From contig ML996700.1 in assembly GCA_010356995.1 (NCBI GenBank), forward strand, positions 372,001 through 436,000: a stretch of 64,000 bases of DNA, written 5' to 3'. The translations under genes and the position numbers were made by a program. Shown one piece after another: positions 13,891-27,418 of the stretch. Position 1 is the first letter of the stretch, and every line of letters begins with the position of its first letter. The DNA is from Trichodelitschia bisporula (taxonomy: Eukaryota). The notes under the pieces are model-generated. The model saw nothing but the letters and a program-made list of their open reading frames with translations, was not told the DNA's origin and did no database searches.

Positions 13891-14021
13891 TCTGGAGCTA
13901 GTTCATGGGGTGCTCGCTGGGACTATTACACTACGAGGTAGTCATAATATTTGTCGATTGTATAGGAAGGTCATAGTAAGATGGCGGTAACGACGATAAT
14001 GTTTACAATACGTGGACAGAA

Positions 14022-14480
14022 GTTTGTGGAGATGCAACTCTTAGTAAAATGTATGGGAAAATCGACCTTCGACTTCAACACTCCACCACTCACGCTATGA
14101 CAACTTAGATAAAATTCTGAGTTATACAATTTGTCAAACTGGTTATAAAATTTCATTCCAACTAGTCTTAGATCTACATCTCCTCTCCTGATCAACTTAT
14201 GCGTTATCGGAGAGGGTGAGTTCTAGGAGTTTTTGAGGTCTTGGTGGAAATTTACTAACAAAATCACACTTTTCAAATTCGAGTCGCGTTCTATGATAGC
14301 GCATAAGTTGAGCTAGGGAAGAGATATAAATCTAAGACTAGGTTATATGAACTATCATAATCTATTTGACAAATTTTATAACTTAGAATCTTGTCTAAGC
14401 TGCTACAGCGCGAGTGGTAGCTTGTTGAAATCGGGAACCGATTTTTCCATACATTTTACTAAGAGTGCATCTCCACAAAC
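14022..14480. repeat. Long imperfect inverted repeat (~190-bp arms), hairpin 1
   Basis: GTTTGTGGAGATGCAACTCTTAGTAAAATGTATGG at 14022 matches the reverse complement of CCATACATTTTACTAAGAGTGCATCTCCACAAAC ending 14480; pairing continues to TCAACTTATGCG / CGCATAAGTTGA. Confidence 0.95.
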
Positions 14481-14686
14481 GTTGACTGCTGTTAGACGTA
14501 CAGCCTTGCTTAAAACTAGTCCCAAAGGGGTGTAGTCTGCTGACAAACGTAACATGTTCCCTACACCGCCTATGCAGCCAAAGGGCGGCCAGATAAAGTA
14601 ATATCACCCCCGGCTACCAAAATCCGGGCGTACGCGGGGACGTCACTTTTTTTGATTCGCCCTGACTACATTAAAAGTGCGCTGCA

Positions 14687-15037
14687 AAACTTTAAATTGT
14701 GATGTACTTATGTGCCGGCATCATACACAAGTGAAACCAAGCTTATTAGAATCGCCTCAATGAGCCGAGTATTTTAGCATTACGCTCGCCACGATGGCGT
14801 TGCGGGAAAACGAGTCATTGCGATATGGAGGTATCGGGGCTAGCTACAACTTTAGCGGACCGGCGCTAAGGCCCGGTTAAAAAAGCCGTAGAGCTTCTTG
14901 TTCGCGATAACTCGTTATCTACAGCGCCATCGCGACGAGAGAAATGCCAAAATACCCAACTCGCTGAGGCGATTCTAATAAGCTTGGTTTCATTTTTGTG
15001 TGATACTGGCGCATGAGTGCATCGTGGTTTGAAGTTT
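14687..15037. repeat. Long imperfect inverted repeat (~145-bp arms), hairpin 2
   Basis: Perfect 28-nt core TGAAACCAAGCTTATTAGAATCGCCTCA vs TGAGGCGATTCTAATAAGCTTGGTTTCA; flanks differ mostly by transitions. Confidence 0.95.
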
Positions 15038-15295
15038 GGGGGGAGATTTTGATGGTGCTGGCAGAATTGGGTTTTGTAAGCACATCATACTCTTTTAGGA
15101 CTAATTCAAGCAATGCTGCACATGAAAGATTTGGGCTGTACGTCTAACCGCAGTCACAAACTTTTGTCCAGGAACTGTATGATGAAGGGGGCTGATTGGT
15201 GTATTTTGTGTATCGCAGTGCTCGTAAATAGCCACGATAACAAATACGCGATTCACCATATTGATGCCCTTGAGACTGCCTCAGATCCCGTCCAT

Positions 15296-16039
15296 CTAGC
15301 GTTTTATCTCCTTCAGCTTAGCCTCAACCACTCGCGCAACCAGTGCCTCTAATGCCCCTCCTACCACTTCGCCCTCCACATACGCCTTGACGTTCTTCTC
15401 GACGTACTTGCCCACCATATCGACCTCAACATTGACCTCATCACCCACCTCCTTCCCCGCCGTGACAACCTTCTCCTGGGTATACGCCACAAGCATAACC
15501 TCCCACCACCCTTCGTCGTCATCGACCCGCGTGACCGTCAAGCTAGCCCCATCAATCGTAATGAACCCCTTCTCCACCACATAACGCAACACGGCCTTAT
15601 CCCGAGGACTAAACCGCAGCGTGAGCGCATTCCCATCCGGCGTGCGGGAAACAATCTTCGCAGTGGTGTCCACATGTCCCTGCACGAAGTGTCCACCCAT
15701 ACGCGTGTGCGCCGACACCGCGCGCTCGAGGTTCACGCGCGAGCCTTCGCGCAGGCTGCCTAGGTTCGTGCGGCGCAGGGTTTCGGGCGCAATGCCGACT
15801 TTGAAGTCGTCGGCTGTGAAGGCGGTGACGGTTAGGCAGGTGCCGTTGACGGAGATGGAGTCGCCGAGGTTCGCGTCGGTGAGGATGGGGGCGCTGTTGC
15901 TGATGGTTAGGGAGGTGCCTTTGCCGCCGGTCTCGGTGTCGTCATAGTGTGAGAGGTTGGAGACCGCTGGGAGGTGTTAGTCGGGGGAGGCAAGCGTGGA
16001 ATGCGTACTTCCGATGGTCTCGACGATGCCGGTGAACAT
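15296..16039 (-). CDS. RIB5: Riboflavin synthase (alpha chain)
   Basis: N-terminus MFTGIVETIG; intron 15967-16008; GDSISVNGTCLTV, VNLERA, GGHFVQGHVD, KGFITIDGASLTV, VNVEVDMVGKY. Confidence 0.97.
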
Positions 16040-16823
16040 CTTGAGGGGACGAGGTTAAGGGATTGCGGGGTTGTGCGGTGATAGATGAGAGGTAGGATGT
16101 CAGATTTTCTCGGAGGCAGGCTAAGATGTGTGACTTGTTCTCGAAGATGGGAGGCTCAAGATTAAGGGTAATGGACGTTCAAACAGCAACCCGGAGATAT
16201 TTTGAGTGACACAGTTGACGCAGCAATATGATGGCGTCTTATGGTTCAAACACCCCGCACCCCACCATGTGGCATGTGCGGAATGCAGTCCCACCCCGCC
16301 GCGTCGGCAAGATGGAAGCTCCCGCCCTGTGGAACTTAGCTGGAGATTTGTCACCAACAGTCATAGCTACAGCGGGGAACCACCAGTGCGGAGCTGGACG
16401 CATAATTGGCATAAAAGCTAAGGTTATGAGGCCTGAGGGCAACTATGGTAGTATTCCGCGCTGAAACCCGTCAAGAGACGAAAGGCTTCACCCCCAAATC
16501 AAGCCTGTCAGCCACATCCAACCGGCGGCTCCTCGGCTCGGCCTGCCGTGCTCAGAACCGACCCGTCGGCCGGCCCCGGTTGCTCCGACAGCGGCGCGTG
16601 GAGAGGCGCGGGGCGAGTTTTGGCCTGCATAATCCCCATGGGCTAGCCAGGTGTCTGCGCAGAATGTGGGGGGTGAACCCGGGGGTTGGGGTGGTGAAGG
16701 GGCGGCTCGGTTGACCGGGCGGGTAGTCATCGTGCAACGCAACCCTTTTCTTGGACGGACATATATTCGTGGCATGACGCTCTCTCTTCGAATCTGTTCT
16801 TGAGTGGAAGATAATTGTCCATT

Positions 16824-18491
16824 ATGGCGTTTGTGAGAGGTCGTCTGGTCACGCGACAGCTTAGCGGCGCTGCGGCTAGTGTGCGCTCGTTTTCCGCGGT
16901 TGCGGCGAGGCGCCTTGCGAGTAGGGCGCCTGAGAATGATCGGTTGCCGCTGGCGGGTATACGTGTGTTGGACATCACCAGAGTGCTAGCCGGCGTGTGT
17001 AACATTCTTGGGTACATTGAGAGTGTTTGACTGATGGGTGCAATAGCCCTACTGCACACAGATTCTTGGAGATCTCGGGTATGATACTTTTTGAGCGAGT
17101 AGGAATAGCCTGCATTCCAAGTTGCCAGATTGAAGAAGTCAATTGCTGATATTTGATAGCGCCGAAGTCATCAAGATCGAGCATCCTGTTCGCGGAGACG
17201 ATACGAGAGCTTGGGGTCCTCCCTATGCCAAATATGCCGACCCTGACGAGCACAAAGGCCCCGGCGAGAGCGCCTACTTTCTTGGGGTACGTTGGGGAAC
17301 CATTCATGGGGAGAGTAGCTTACAGAGACAGGTGAACCGCAACAAAAAGTCAGTTGGACTGTCATTCGCCCATCCCGCCGGTGTCGAAATCTTGCACAAG
17401 CTTGCAAAGGACTGCGATGTTTTAGTTGAAAACTATCTACCCGGTGCCTTGAAGAAGTACGGCCTCGACTACCACTCCGTAGCCCAGATCAACCCGAGCT
17501 TGGTGTATGCCAGCATCACGGGTTATGGTCAAACGGGACCCTACAGCAATCGTGCGGGGTACGACGTGATGGTCGAAGCGTGAGTCACTTCAGCTGTGTG
17601 CCTTTGCACATGAACTGATGATAAATAGGGAGATGGGGCTAATGCACATCACGGGCTCTCGAGACGGGCCACCAGTCAAGGTAGGCGTGGCCATTACCGA
17701 TCTGACGACTGGCCTGTACACGTCAAACTCTGTCATGGCGGCGCTGCTTGCGAGGGTCAAGAGTGGCAAAGGCCAGCACATCGACGTGTCCCTCAGTGAT
17801 TGTCAAGTGGCCTCTCTTGCAAATATCGCCAGCTCTGCGCTTATTAGCGGCGAGAAGGACACTGGCCGCTGGGGAACTGCGCATCGTAAGCGCCCAGTCT
17901 TGAATAATCTATGCTCCTATTAACAGTCTCAGCGTCAATTGTTCCGTATCGTGGCTTCAAGACTGCCGACGGCGATATTCTGGTTGGGGGTGGGAACGAC
18001 CGTCTCTACGGCATCTTGTGCACGAAGCTGGCAAAGCCCGAGTGGATTGAGGATCCTCGCTTCGTCACTAACAACGTTCGAGTTAAGAACCGCAGCACCC
18101 TCGAATCTATGATCGAAGCAGAGATGAAGAAGCGGACAACGCAGCAATGGTTGGAGATCTTCGAAGGCAGTGGCATGCCATATGCTGCCATCAACGACAT
18201 TCTGACCACCCTCAAGCATGAACACGGTATTTGGCCCTTTCTGCGTTTTTGCTTACGGTCGCTGACTCTTGGCTTGTAGTCCTTGCCCGCGATATGGTGA
18301 AGGAGGTCGACCATCCGGCTTGTGGGCCTATCAAGCTGGTCAACACGCCAGTCAAGTATTCACACTCGAGGCCCGGCATACGGACGCCGCCACCTACGCT
18401 GGGACAGCACACGAACGAGGTGCTGCAGGAACTTCTGGGGATGGAGGAGGCGGAGATTGAGGGCTTGCGCAAGGAGGGAGTGCTTGCTTGA
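16824..18491 (+). CDS. Family III CoA-transferase (CaiB/BaiF; SUGCT-like), probably mitochondrial
   Basis: [75 protein letters not shown]; six canonical introns; Arg-rich presequence. Confidence 0.95.
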
Positions 18492-18832
18492 AGAAATTGG
18501 CATGTCTAGCGTTCATGAAAAATCCTTTCGCAGCATGTGGGCATAGGAAATTTGAAGATTGTAGAAGGATGAGGCGTTGAATGTTGACAGTTCCCATGCT
18601 ATGTAGAACTAGTCGACTAGGAAGACGCTCGGTAGCTTACATAATGAAGCACATCCAAGGCCGTGCGTGCCAAGTGATGCGATTACGGACGTAGGCCAAT
18701 GGTCCGACTTCAGGCGCATCGCAAACCATCAGAACTGCAACGACAGCAACGCTTCTCGCAGCCTAATATCTTCCTCTCTATGCAAAAAGCATGATAAGAT
18801 CAATCGACTGTACCATTCTTTCTTAGTTCCCA

Positions 18833-20489
18833 ATGGGTTCAGTCACGTTCAGCGACGCCAATAGGGAGTCCAATGATCCCCCCGCAACACCGTACTCCGC
18901 AGTTGCACCCGTTCCCGCCGCGCATCAGGCTCCGGACCGCACATCATTGCAACATCCGACGGGCACCATCGCGGCTTCCTCCGCCTCAGCCCTTACTCCG
19001 CACCCCATTGCCGCCGTCCCTGTGCCAAGTACCGCTACGGGTACCATCCATTCACTTACTACCTCCCAAGTCCTTACTTTCAAGCTGCAAGACGGAGCAA
19101 CATCCGCACCCGCACCGTCAACTCCCGTAATGGAATACTCCGCCACAACAGAAGAACTACTCCGCCGTTTTCGCTCCCAAGTCACAGCTGCAACTGGTAC
19201 ACCCGGGTACGAAGCTGCCCGTGAACAGGTTCTCAGAGGCATGGTTACCAGCGACAAACTTCCCATCCCCCCCCCTTCGACTGCGCCCAAGCGGGGGCGC
19301 GGTCGTGGCCGTGGTCGCGGCAGTGCACTATCGAGGACGGCCTCGACGGGCGAGTCTACTCCTGTCTCTGCGTCGCCTGTGGAGCGGGGCCGGGGGCGCG
19401 TTGGGCGGCCAAGAGGTCGCGGTCGTGGAGGTGGACGGGGGGGAAAGCGTAAGCGTGAAGAGAGCGCTGACGATGACGAGGATTCTGAGGTGAGTTGTGA
19501 AACCTTTGCAAGATGCCCAAGCAGCTTTCAAGGATTGGCACTAGAAAGAAAGTGTCCTTCCTTTGTGCCAAAGAAGATCAAGCACGGGCTTGATGTATTT
19601 ATGATCCGAAAGAGATGCAAATTCTGACATTATGTAGGATGACTCCGAAATTTCGTCCAGCTATGCTCCCATGCCAACTCGGACAAAGTCTGGCCGCAAC
19701 GTCAACAAACCCACACAATTCGTACCAACTATCCCCTCACCTACTCGTGAACCGAAGCGTAGGAAAGTCCACCGACGCACCATGGATTCAGCTGTATGCA
19801 CCATGTGCAAGCGCGGTGTCAGTACGAGCCAGAATACCATCGTCTTTTGCGACAAGTGCTCAAAGCCCTACCACATGTACTGCCATGATCCTCCAATCGA
19901 CCGCGAGTTTGTCGACATTGCGGAGAAAGAGTGGTTCTGCTTGGCCTGCTCCCCAGTGGAAGGTGATCCCGCGGTGTCTAGAGCAGCAGAACTGGATGGT
20001 GGCGCAAACGCCACTTTTGAGGACAAACGCGCCTACCTGTTTTCTCTCTCACGACTTGATCTCGTCAACATGATCTTGAAAATGGCCAGCGCACACCCGG
20101 AACTTGCCATCATTCCCCTCAAAACTCCTACTACAAGCGCCACTATATCAACCCCTAATTCCACCGCAGCTCTCTCAGCGGCTCCTCAGTCGGGCTCGAT
20201 GTCAACGGCCCTCACTGGGGGCTCCACCCATGTCGCCTTCGATCCACAAACCGCCTTCGAAGAGGACTATGACTCTGATTTGCCAGCGCACTATCCTAAG
20301 CCCGGAAAGGGCCTTATTCGCAACATCATCCACTCCCCCGACGACCCTGCCTGGGTAATGGAAGACAACGATGTATTCTCTCATACAGTCAACTATGACT
20401 CCTCCGTAGAACCCAACGGCGACGGGAGTGGGCCCGGGTCTTTCGCACGTTACATCAACGCGACGTCCGACCCAACCAGGCCATCATAG
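18833..20489 (+). CDS. PHD finger protein with RG/AT-hook-like basic region (Phf1-like chromatin protein)
   Basis: CTMC..IVFCDKCSKPYHMYCHDPPI..WFCLAC PHD pattern; GRGRGRPRGRG; TKSGRNVNKPTQF; intron ~19490-19637. Confidence 0.88.
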
Positions 20490-20981
20490 TTTTCGGAGTT
20501 TGGTCGGGACATTGAGGCGGCTATATTCGGGGCCCGAACCCAACGGCCCGCTATCTAGGCTCTTCCACCGGCTATTCCTCCATTGGCTTTATATTCGCGA
20601 AGAGTGATGAACCCTGGCGAAACTGGGTTGGGGGACTGGCGTGACCTGGTTTCGGGGGCTCTAGGGGGGGGCGGGAGCCTAGGGATGGATGACGGAGCCT
20701 GTGTACAACAAGAGTCCAGCGCATTATGGGTTCCTGGCGTACTGCCGGGGTAGGTAGCTGCCAAATATGAAAGTGCCGACCTACACCGGCTTCTCTATGA
20801 TGCAATTGGCTATCAGTGCTCAACTACATTGAACAGGCAAAGGTATGTCTTGGCAAGTTGCTTCAAGGTCTATTGTCGGGTAGAAGAAAGCCAAATGAAG
20901 CATATACTACAGAAATCCATCACCAGTCACGACTCGCAAAATCGCGAATCCGGACCTCCCCGCCTTTATGTCGCGCATCCT

Positions 20982-21583
20982 CTACAAAGGAACGACCTTG
21001 ATCGAGCCAACAACCAGCTCGTCATGCAGACCACTGTGCGTCCCACCAGGGCAGCCGAGCTGGGAGTAAAGCTTGACAGCCCCGCGCGTCAACATGGTGC
21101 TCTTAAACAGCCCCCACTGCGCCTCGCCCCCCTGCTTCTCAACAATCAACTTCCCGACCTGCGGCAGCGAGGGAAACTTCACGCTCTTCCAGTGCAACAC
21201 ATTGTTCGCATCCACGCTGAACCCGTCCGTCATCGCCGCCGCCCCGCTCACCGGCGCCAGCGGTGCCATGTCCACGTATCCGCCCATGGCGGGCGCGGCG
21301 CCGATCGCCTTGCCGCCGCAGAGCAGTTGTGCGGACGGGCTGATGGTGCAGCTCTCCGCGTCCTTCAGGTCGGCGACGCCGGTGCCCGCGCCGTCTTTGC
21401 CGAGGTACATGCTTGTGGGCGTCCCGGCGATGGTGGCCGTGATTTGGATCGCGAAGGTGGCCGGGGCGGTGGGCGCGGCGGACGCGGCGGCGCTGCGGGG
21501 GGTCAGCATGGTGGGTTAGGGGCGGACCGGGTAGGCGGGCCGTACCTGAGTGCGACAGCGGCGGTCGCAATCGAGAACTTCAT
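20982..21583 (-). CDS. Small secreted protein (~180 aa), function unknown
   Basis: Signal peptide MKFSIATAAVALSAAASAAP formed across intron 21493-21545; exon 2 open to the stop at 20982. Confidence 0.8.
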
Positions 21584-23021
21584 TTTAAGGAGTGGTGGGG
21601 TTGGATTGGTTGGGTGTGAACGAGTGGTGCTGTTTGCGGATGAAATGGGCTCAAATGGCCGCGCGGGCAGCGGGCGTTATATACGAGCGGGGAAGGGCTG
21701 GCCGCAGCGCACTATACGCTGCTTCTTCCCATGGCATTGTGCGTGCCTTGCCGCTCGCCCGTCTTTCGTCCGTTGTCGTGCGGGTTGTCATTCCGGGCGC
21801 TGGGCGCTGGTGTCGGGGCTAGAGTGCCCTGGGATGGGGGAGGATAGGGCACACTATCGGAAGCGACGACATCCTGACATGATTGTGGTATAGGGATCGA
21901 GATAATTTGGAATTTGTGTCGAAGCTGTTAAGGCGGGGTTGGTGATGCGCTCCACGTGGGCGTGCCTGTCGTTCGTGGGAGCGCTACGAAGGAGTTAGAT
22001 CCGGCAGGTGCCGCCGCGATGCGCCCCCGATCGTGCCTGCATCCCAGCCTTGCGCAGAGCCGCACTGCCTCTGACGTATGGGCGACAGGAACGCGGGACG
22101 CACGCAAAAAGCGTACAGAGCAGCCACGGAGCCGAACCGAAGGACTCTCCGCTCTCCACAGCCTCGTCCGGGCCTCGACCACACGCTTACACAACCCCTC
22201 ACACGGGCAATGCACCACCCCCTTCGGCGCACGCCTCAACAGGAACACACTCCGATGCCCTTAATCACCCCGCGCGGCTTCATCAACCCTGCCAATAACC
22301 GAGGGGCGCGTTTGGGCGGGGCGTTCCCCGCGTGGAAGCCGGATGCAGGAACGATGGGCTAGATCCACAGCTTATCAAACCACCCGAGCCGGCGAGGTCG
22401 CTGAATCCGTCTTCAGGCCCGCCGAATTCGTACTTCCCTCGCCTTCTGCGACGCTTCCTCCGCGCCCTGCGCTGCTCGGGAGGTAAAAGCTTGACGGGGA
22501 GGACCTGCGCCCAGGCCCGGTATTACATCCACGGGAGCGGGCGGCGCCCAGGTGTGGCAAGTGATTCCGCGCTCGTGGGTCCTCGGTCGACATTGGTGGC
22601 CCCTTCATCGGGATATTCTCTGGCTGACGCTGCGTCATTGTATCACTGCGCGAGTTAGCGCAGTCTGAAGATCCCGAAGCTTTGCGAGGGCCAGTGCCTT
22701 TTAGCGGGCTTACTACGGACAGGTTACACACGGCATTATGCCTCTGGACTCCCGGGCACTTTAGCCGAAACAGGGCGCCGTTGGCGTGAAGTCGGGAATG
22801 GATATTGTCGCCAAGCACGGGTTCGGGGCGCGACGCTTCCGCCAGGACGCGGCTCGAACGTAGCCTCCCATTTCGGGACATGGTCCAGGAAGGGGAATCA
22901 TCGTAGCCGGCTTACTCCACAATCAAAGGTTTCCAAATCCATATGCACGCTTTGAAATAACCGGGCATCTAATCTTTTTTGCGGGCCCCTGGAGCCAGCT
23001 CAACAACCACCTGCGGCCAGG

Positions 23022-26000
23022 TTACTGCAGGTCCTCGTCCGGTTCTTCTGGCTCACTTGGCACATCCTCCTCGATCACATCCCCCTCGTCGTCATCGGCA
23101 CCATTTGGAATCTCTTCAATCGCCGGTAGTGCTTCGGCCCCTTCCTTCAAGGCTTTGATCTTCGCCTGTGTCATCTCAAACACGTACTGCCCGATGTGCT
23201 CCACGCTGACCATTTCCGTCTCGGCTACCTCAGCGTCAACCGCCCGCTCGCAGGGGAAGAACTCGCCATAAACAAGCCGCAGTGTCGTTGGCCTTGCGAA
23301 TAACCGCGAAAACGCATCCTTGAGCTCGTAGCACGACTCGAACACCGCACGCCTTCCAATAACATAGAGTCCTAGGCGAGAACGCGAGAGTGCAACGGTA
23401 AGGCGGCGAAGGTCGCGGAGGTATCCAGGGCGGAGCGTCCGTGTGAGGGACAGGATGACATCTGAATCTGGTTAGCACATGCAGCAAGAAGCGATGAGAT
23501 ACTCACAGTCATTTTGCTCGCCTTGGTATTTGTCAACTGTCGTGACTATCCTCGGCATGCCAAAGAGCCTGTTGCCCTTGCATCTGTGCGTCAGGACGTC
23601 GCGGATCAGGGACCGCTGGCCAGCATATGTCGCCAGTATCGAGACCTTGGACGCCGGATATCCCAGCAGCCGCATGTACATGTAGATAGCAACGGCATAC
23701 TCGGCCTCACCGACGTTCTGGATGAAATGAGGGGTAGGCTCAGACTCGCCGCGGCCCTTGTAGTCTGGAACATCGATGAATTGGTAATCGTACCTGAAGC
23801 CCGCGTTTGCCCGCTGGAACTCCGGCGATTGCTCGACGACGGGAAGACTGGTGAGTTGGGGATAGCGCCACTTGTAGAGCTCAGCGAGGCTCGGTCTAGC
23901 TCGGCCTTGCCGGTCGAGGGTGATGGTGGGCACACCGAGGCGGACGAGACGCAGGAACAAGCTCTGCTCGAGGTTGGCATACTGACGAAAGGCGAGGTTT
24001 TGGATGATGGGCGAGTTTTGCAAATGGTCGCCAACCAGTACCACCCGCTGGAGGGGCATCTTGCCGTTCTGCGGTTTCTGAAGCGCAAGAGGTATGAAGT
24101 TCTCAATCTCTGTGATCTGAGCAGCTTCTTCCATGATGACATTGTCGTAATGGAATCCTAGGTCCGCAATCTCCTGCCGCCGGATGGCGGCGTGCGTCGA
24201 AGTCATAGCGATGATCTTTGCTTCCTTAATCAAGAGGTAGTTCGCCTTGTCCTTAGCGCTTCGAAGAATCTCGAACGGCCGGATCTCCTCCAGCTCCGCA
24301 AAAATCCTCTCGATGTGTCGGTAGCAACCACGAACGATCTCAACAGCTTCATCCCGGGTCGTCTCAGGAGGAAACAGCGGCCCAGGAGTGTTGGAGAAAT
24401 AATCGTGGAATGGGAAGGCTACGACGATCTCGTCCCTGGACAGCTCCTCGTTCGTTATGCTGTCCCAGTACTGCGTCCAGATGGGCTTGATGTAAACCAT
24501 GTTGAAGTAGCCTGCTGTTTCGCAAGAATTTCCGTGCGCACCGGGTGCTTGAATAGTAGCGGCCAATCTGCTGACTTCAAGTAGGTACTGAGTGCCGCGC
24601 TCGAGGAACGACTCCACCCGCCCGTGCTTGCTGTAGCTAACATCGGTTTCCAGTTCTTCTTCACCATGGCCTAGCCGTAGCAGATACCGTTCGTCGATAT
24701 CCAAGGCCGTGATCTTCTGGAAGAGTTGATTGAGAGCCTGGTTACTATGGGCGATCAAGAGGGTTCGCTGATTGGGAAAGTTATGAAAGATGTTGTTGAT
24801 AATTTGGGTGGCTACGTCAGTCTTGCCGGTGCCGGGAGGACCCACGATGACAGTCAAGCCAGGTTGAGTTCCTGATGTGATGGCTTCGATCTGTGTGGGC
24901 GTAAAACGGACAGTGTTCCGTTTTGGCGCGTCCATTGGGTACGGGCCGTTGTTAGGGGGCTTATACGTCGACACCTTGACAGACTCGATCAGTGGCTTCT
25001 GTTCCCCATCTTGCTCGCGTCTCCTCTTCTTCGAAGGCCGGACTTCCGGCTCAGCAGGCTCGCTAGTACTCGTCTCCAGGACATACGGCGGTCCAAAGCT
25101 GCCCTCCAAATCCTCGCTCGGGACAACAGCCTTGCCCTCCAGGCTCTCGATCAAATGTTGCCAATCCAGGAACGTGTCTCCGTAGTCAATCTTCTTGAGC
25201 CGCGACGACAATTTCTTGTATGTCGCAGCGCTTGGGTCATCGTAGCCAAGAAACACGCCTTGAAACCATGAAGGAGCGGGAACATCTGAAAGTGTGAGAC
25301 GTTTGATGGATTCAAGGATAGGCTTGAAGTTGTTCTCGCGGCCCCGTCTCCGAATGATGAGGTTGATGGAATCGTAGATGTCGGCATTTCCTTGAGACAG
25401 CTGTTGACGATCCACTTCGTACGCGGCAGCATCAATTTTTAGAATAAGCCGTCGCTGACGAGGCCGATATTGTTCATCATCCTCAGACCGGTTTTCGCGC
25501 AGCGGCTTCCCCTTCTCATCTTGCACCTGAATGACCTCTGCTGCCCGCAGATGCCGCAACCCAATGCGGTCTGCGGAGTGGGCGTCCGAATAGCCGTTGC
25601 TAAACTCAGAGTCTTCTGAAAAGGGATGCGCGGCGGCAAGAAACACGACGTCATTCGGCCGGAGAGACTCCCATTCTTTCCGTACGCCGTATGCGAGGCG
25701 GTACACGTCAAGGATGACTTCCGCCCGGACGATTGAAGGGACCAACTCGCCAACATTGGGGAGGCCAACTTCCACGATCGCCGGCCGGGCAATAGGAAGC
25801 GCCATCCGAGATGCGCCGTCAAACCGAGTGGTGCCGCTGAGAGTCCGAGGACGAACCTGCTTGATAACTTCCTCCACATCGTTCCGGATGGCGTAGAAGG
25901 ACTCACACCGGTGGAGGATGAAAGATCTCCAAAGGAAGTCTCCCATCGTAAGATACTGCAAGTTCAGCTTGGGGATTGCCAGTGGCCTAGAGCCGTTGTA

Positions 26001-27418
26001 CGTCTCATTTCTCAGAAACGTAGGTTCGTATAGCGTGCGTTCCGTGGGGACTATGGTCAGTTCTTTGACTGATTCTTGGAAAGTTGGTCTCTCTTCATAT
26101 CTAGCGACCATCAACTCCAGGTAGAAACCTCTATCGCGGACAACACGAGAGGACTCCGGATATTGAGTCTTGAAACCCAGTTCTTCGCAGAGACTAACCA
26201 GCTCATCCGTTTCCAGGGTCTCAAGATGGCTTAGCAGATCGTCCCGCCGTCCCAGAGCCCCGTAATTAGAGAGCGCCAGGAGCTTTAACTTGTCCTCGAG
26301 TTTACCAAAAGCTACCCGTTGCAGCTTTGCTAGCACTTTGTGACGGGCTTCGGAGCATTCCAGAGGAGACAGTTGGTTTCCGCTCTGGTCATCCACAGGG
26401 AAGTATGTGTAGTGCCGAAGTAGACTGTGCAGGTCCCGGAAGAGGCCGTTGTCTTCGTCTGTGTACACCGGAGACAGCCGAAGTGCTGGCAGCAAGTTAA
26501 GATCGATGAGCAATGAATTGACGTAGCGCCGCGTCGGCAACTGGCTCTGAAGATCGATCAAAAGCTCCATGAACCGCTCGCAATAAAGCAAGTTGTCTTT
26601 CCCAGCCTCTCCACTCGCAGTCTCATAGACGCGGTTGAGGAAGTCCAGGAGAAGTGTGTACAGCCATGCCCGGTCGAACCGCATCTTTGCCTGGCTGGCC
26701 GGGTCGGCTGCGTCGTACCGCTTTCCCGAAGACTTCCACATTTTGCGCAATGAGACGTGGCTGTTGAGTTTGTCCTCTCTTGCGCTTTCGCTGTGCAAGT
26801 TTTGCCAAAGGGCTATGGAAACCAGCGGGGCGCATTCCTTGCGAACCAGCCCGTTGTCCAGGGAGGAGAAGGCACCGATGATGAAGGACAGCATTATTGT
26901 CCGCACTTTCAGCGGGATGCTCAGATCCACCGTCATGGAAAGTATGCGCCGGAAGAAGGAGGAGAATTCTGCGGGTTTATCCTGGAACAGCGTCCATGCC
27001 GGCAGGTTTTCACGCCGCTTGACATTGATGATGGTCGTAAGAAGGAGGACATGCTGATCCGAGGAGGCGTCCGAATAGCCAGGCCAGAGATATCTACCGT
27101 CATCAGCAATGAAAATACTACTAGATGCCGATTGTCCTACCTCTCGAGCACCTGCAGCGTCTCCAGGATCAAGAGCGATCCATACGGAAAGCCCTCCGCC
27201 TCGAGCTTGTCCCACAGCTCGTCCTTAACGACAGTGGGCTTGACCTTTGGCGGCTTCGCAGCATTGAGCCAGTGCTTGCGCGCAACCTCAGTATAATGAT
27301 TGTCGCCGTTCAGGTCCGCGACCGTCGGCCGGGAGTGCATCGACGAGAAATCCCCTTGTGAAGTCATGACGGGCACGGTGCCATTCCTGTGACGCGGGGT
27401 TCCGGAGTTGCTGTCCAT
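23022..27418 (-). CDS. CWF11: Intron-binding spliceosomal RNA helicase Aquarius / Cwf11
   Basis: LIDLQSQLPTRRY, PKLNLQYLT, IVGPPGTGKTD, HSNQALNQLF, MEEAAQITEIENFIP, TVDKYQGEQND; introns 27094-27140 and 23462-23506. Start could also be 27367 or 27340. Confidence 0.96.

Larger units (their letters stand above)
14006..15177. mobile_element. Non-autonomous Tc1/mariner-type foldback element (MITE-like) with TA flanks
   Basis: Left end TA|CAATACGTGGACAGAAGTTTGTG matches the reverse complement of the right end, TA|CAGTTCCTGGACAAAAGTTTGTG. The TIR continues at 14483-14547 vs 15073-15155. AT-rich and no convincing ORF. Confidence 0.75.

Noticed and set aside
20600..20640. Hammerhead-like TGATGA..CGAAA
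   Set aside because: The core lacks the invariant C of CUGANGA and stems I-III cannot be built.
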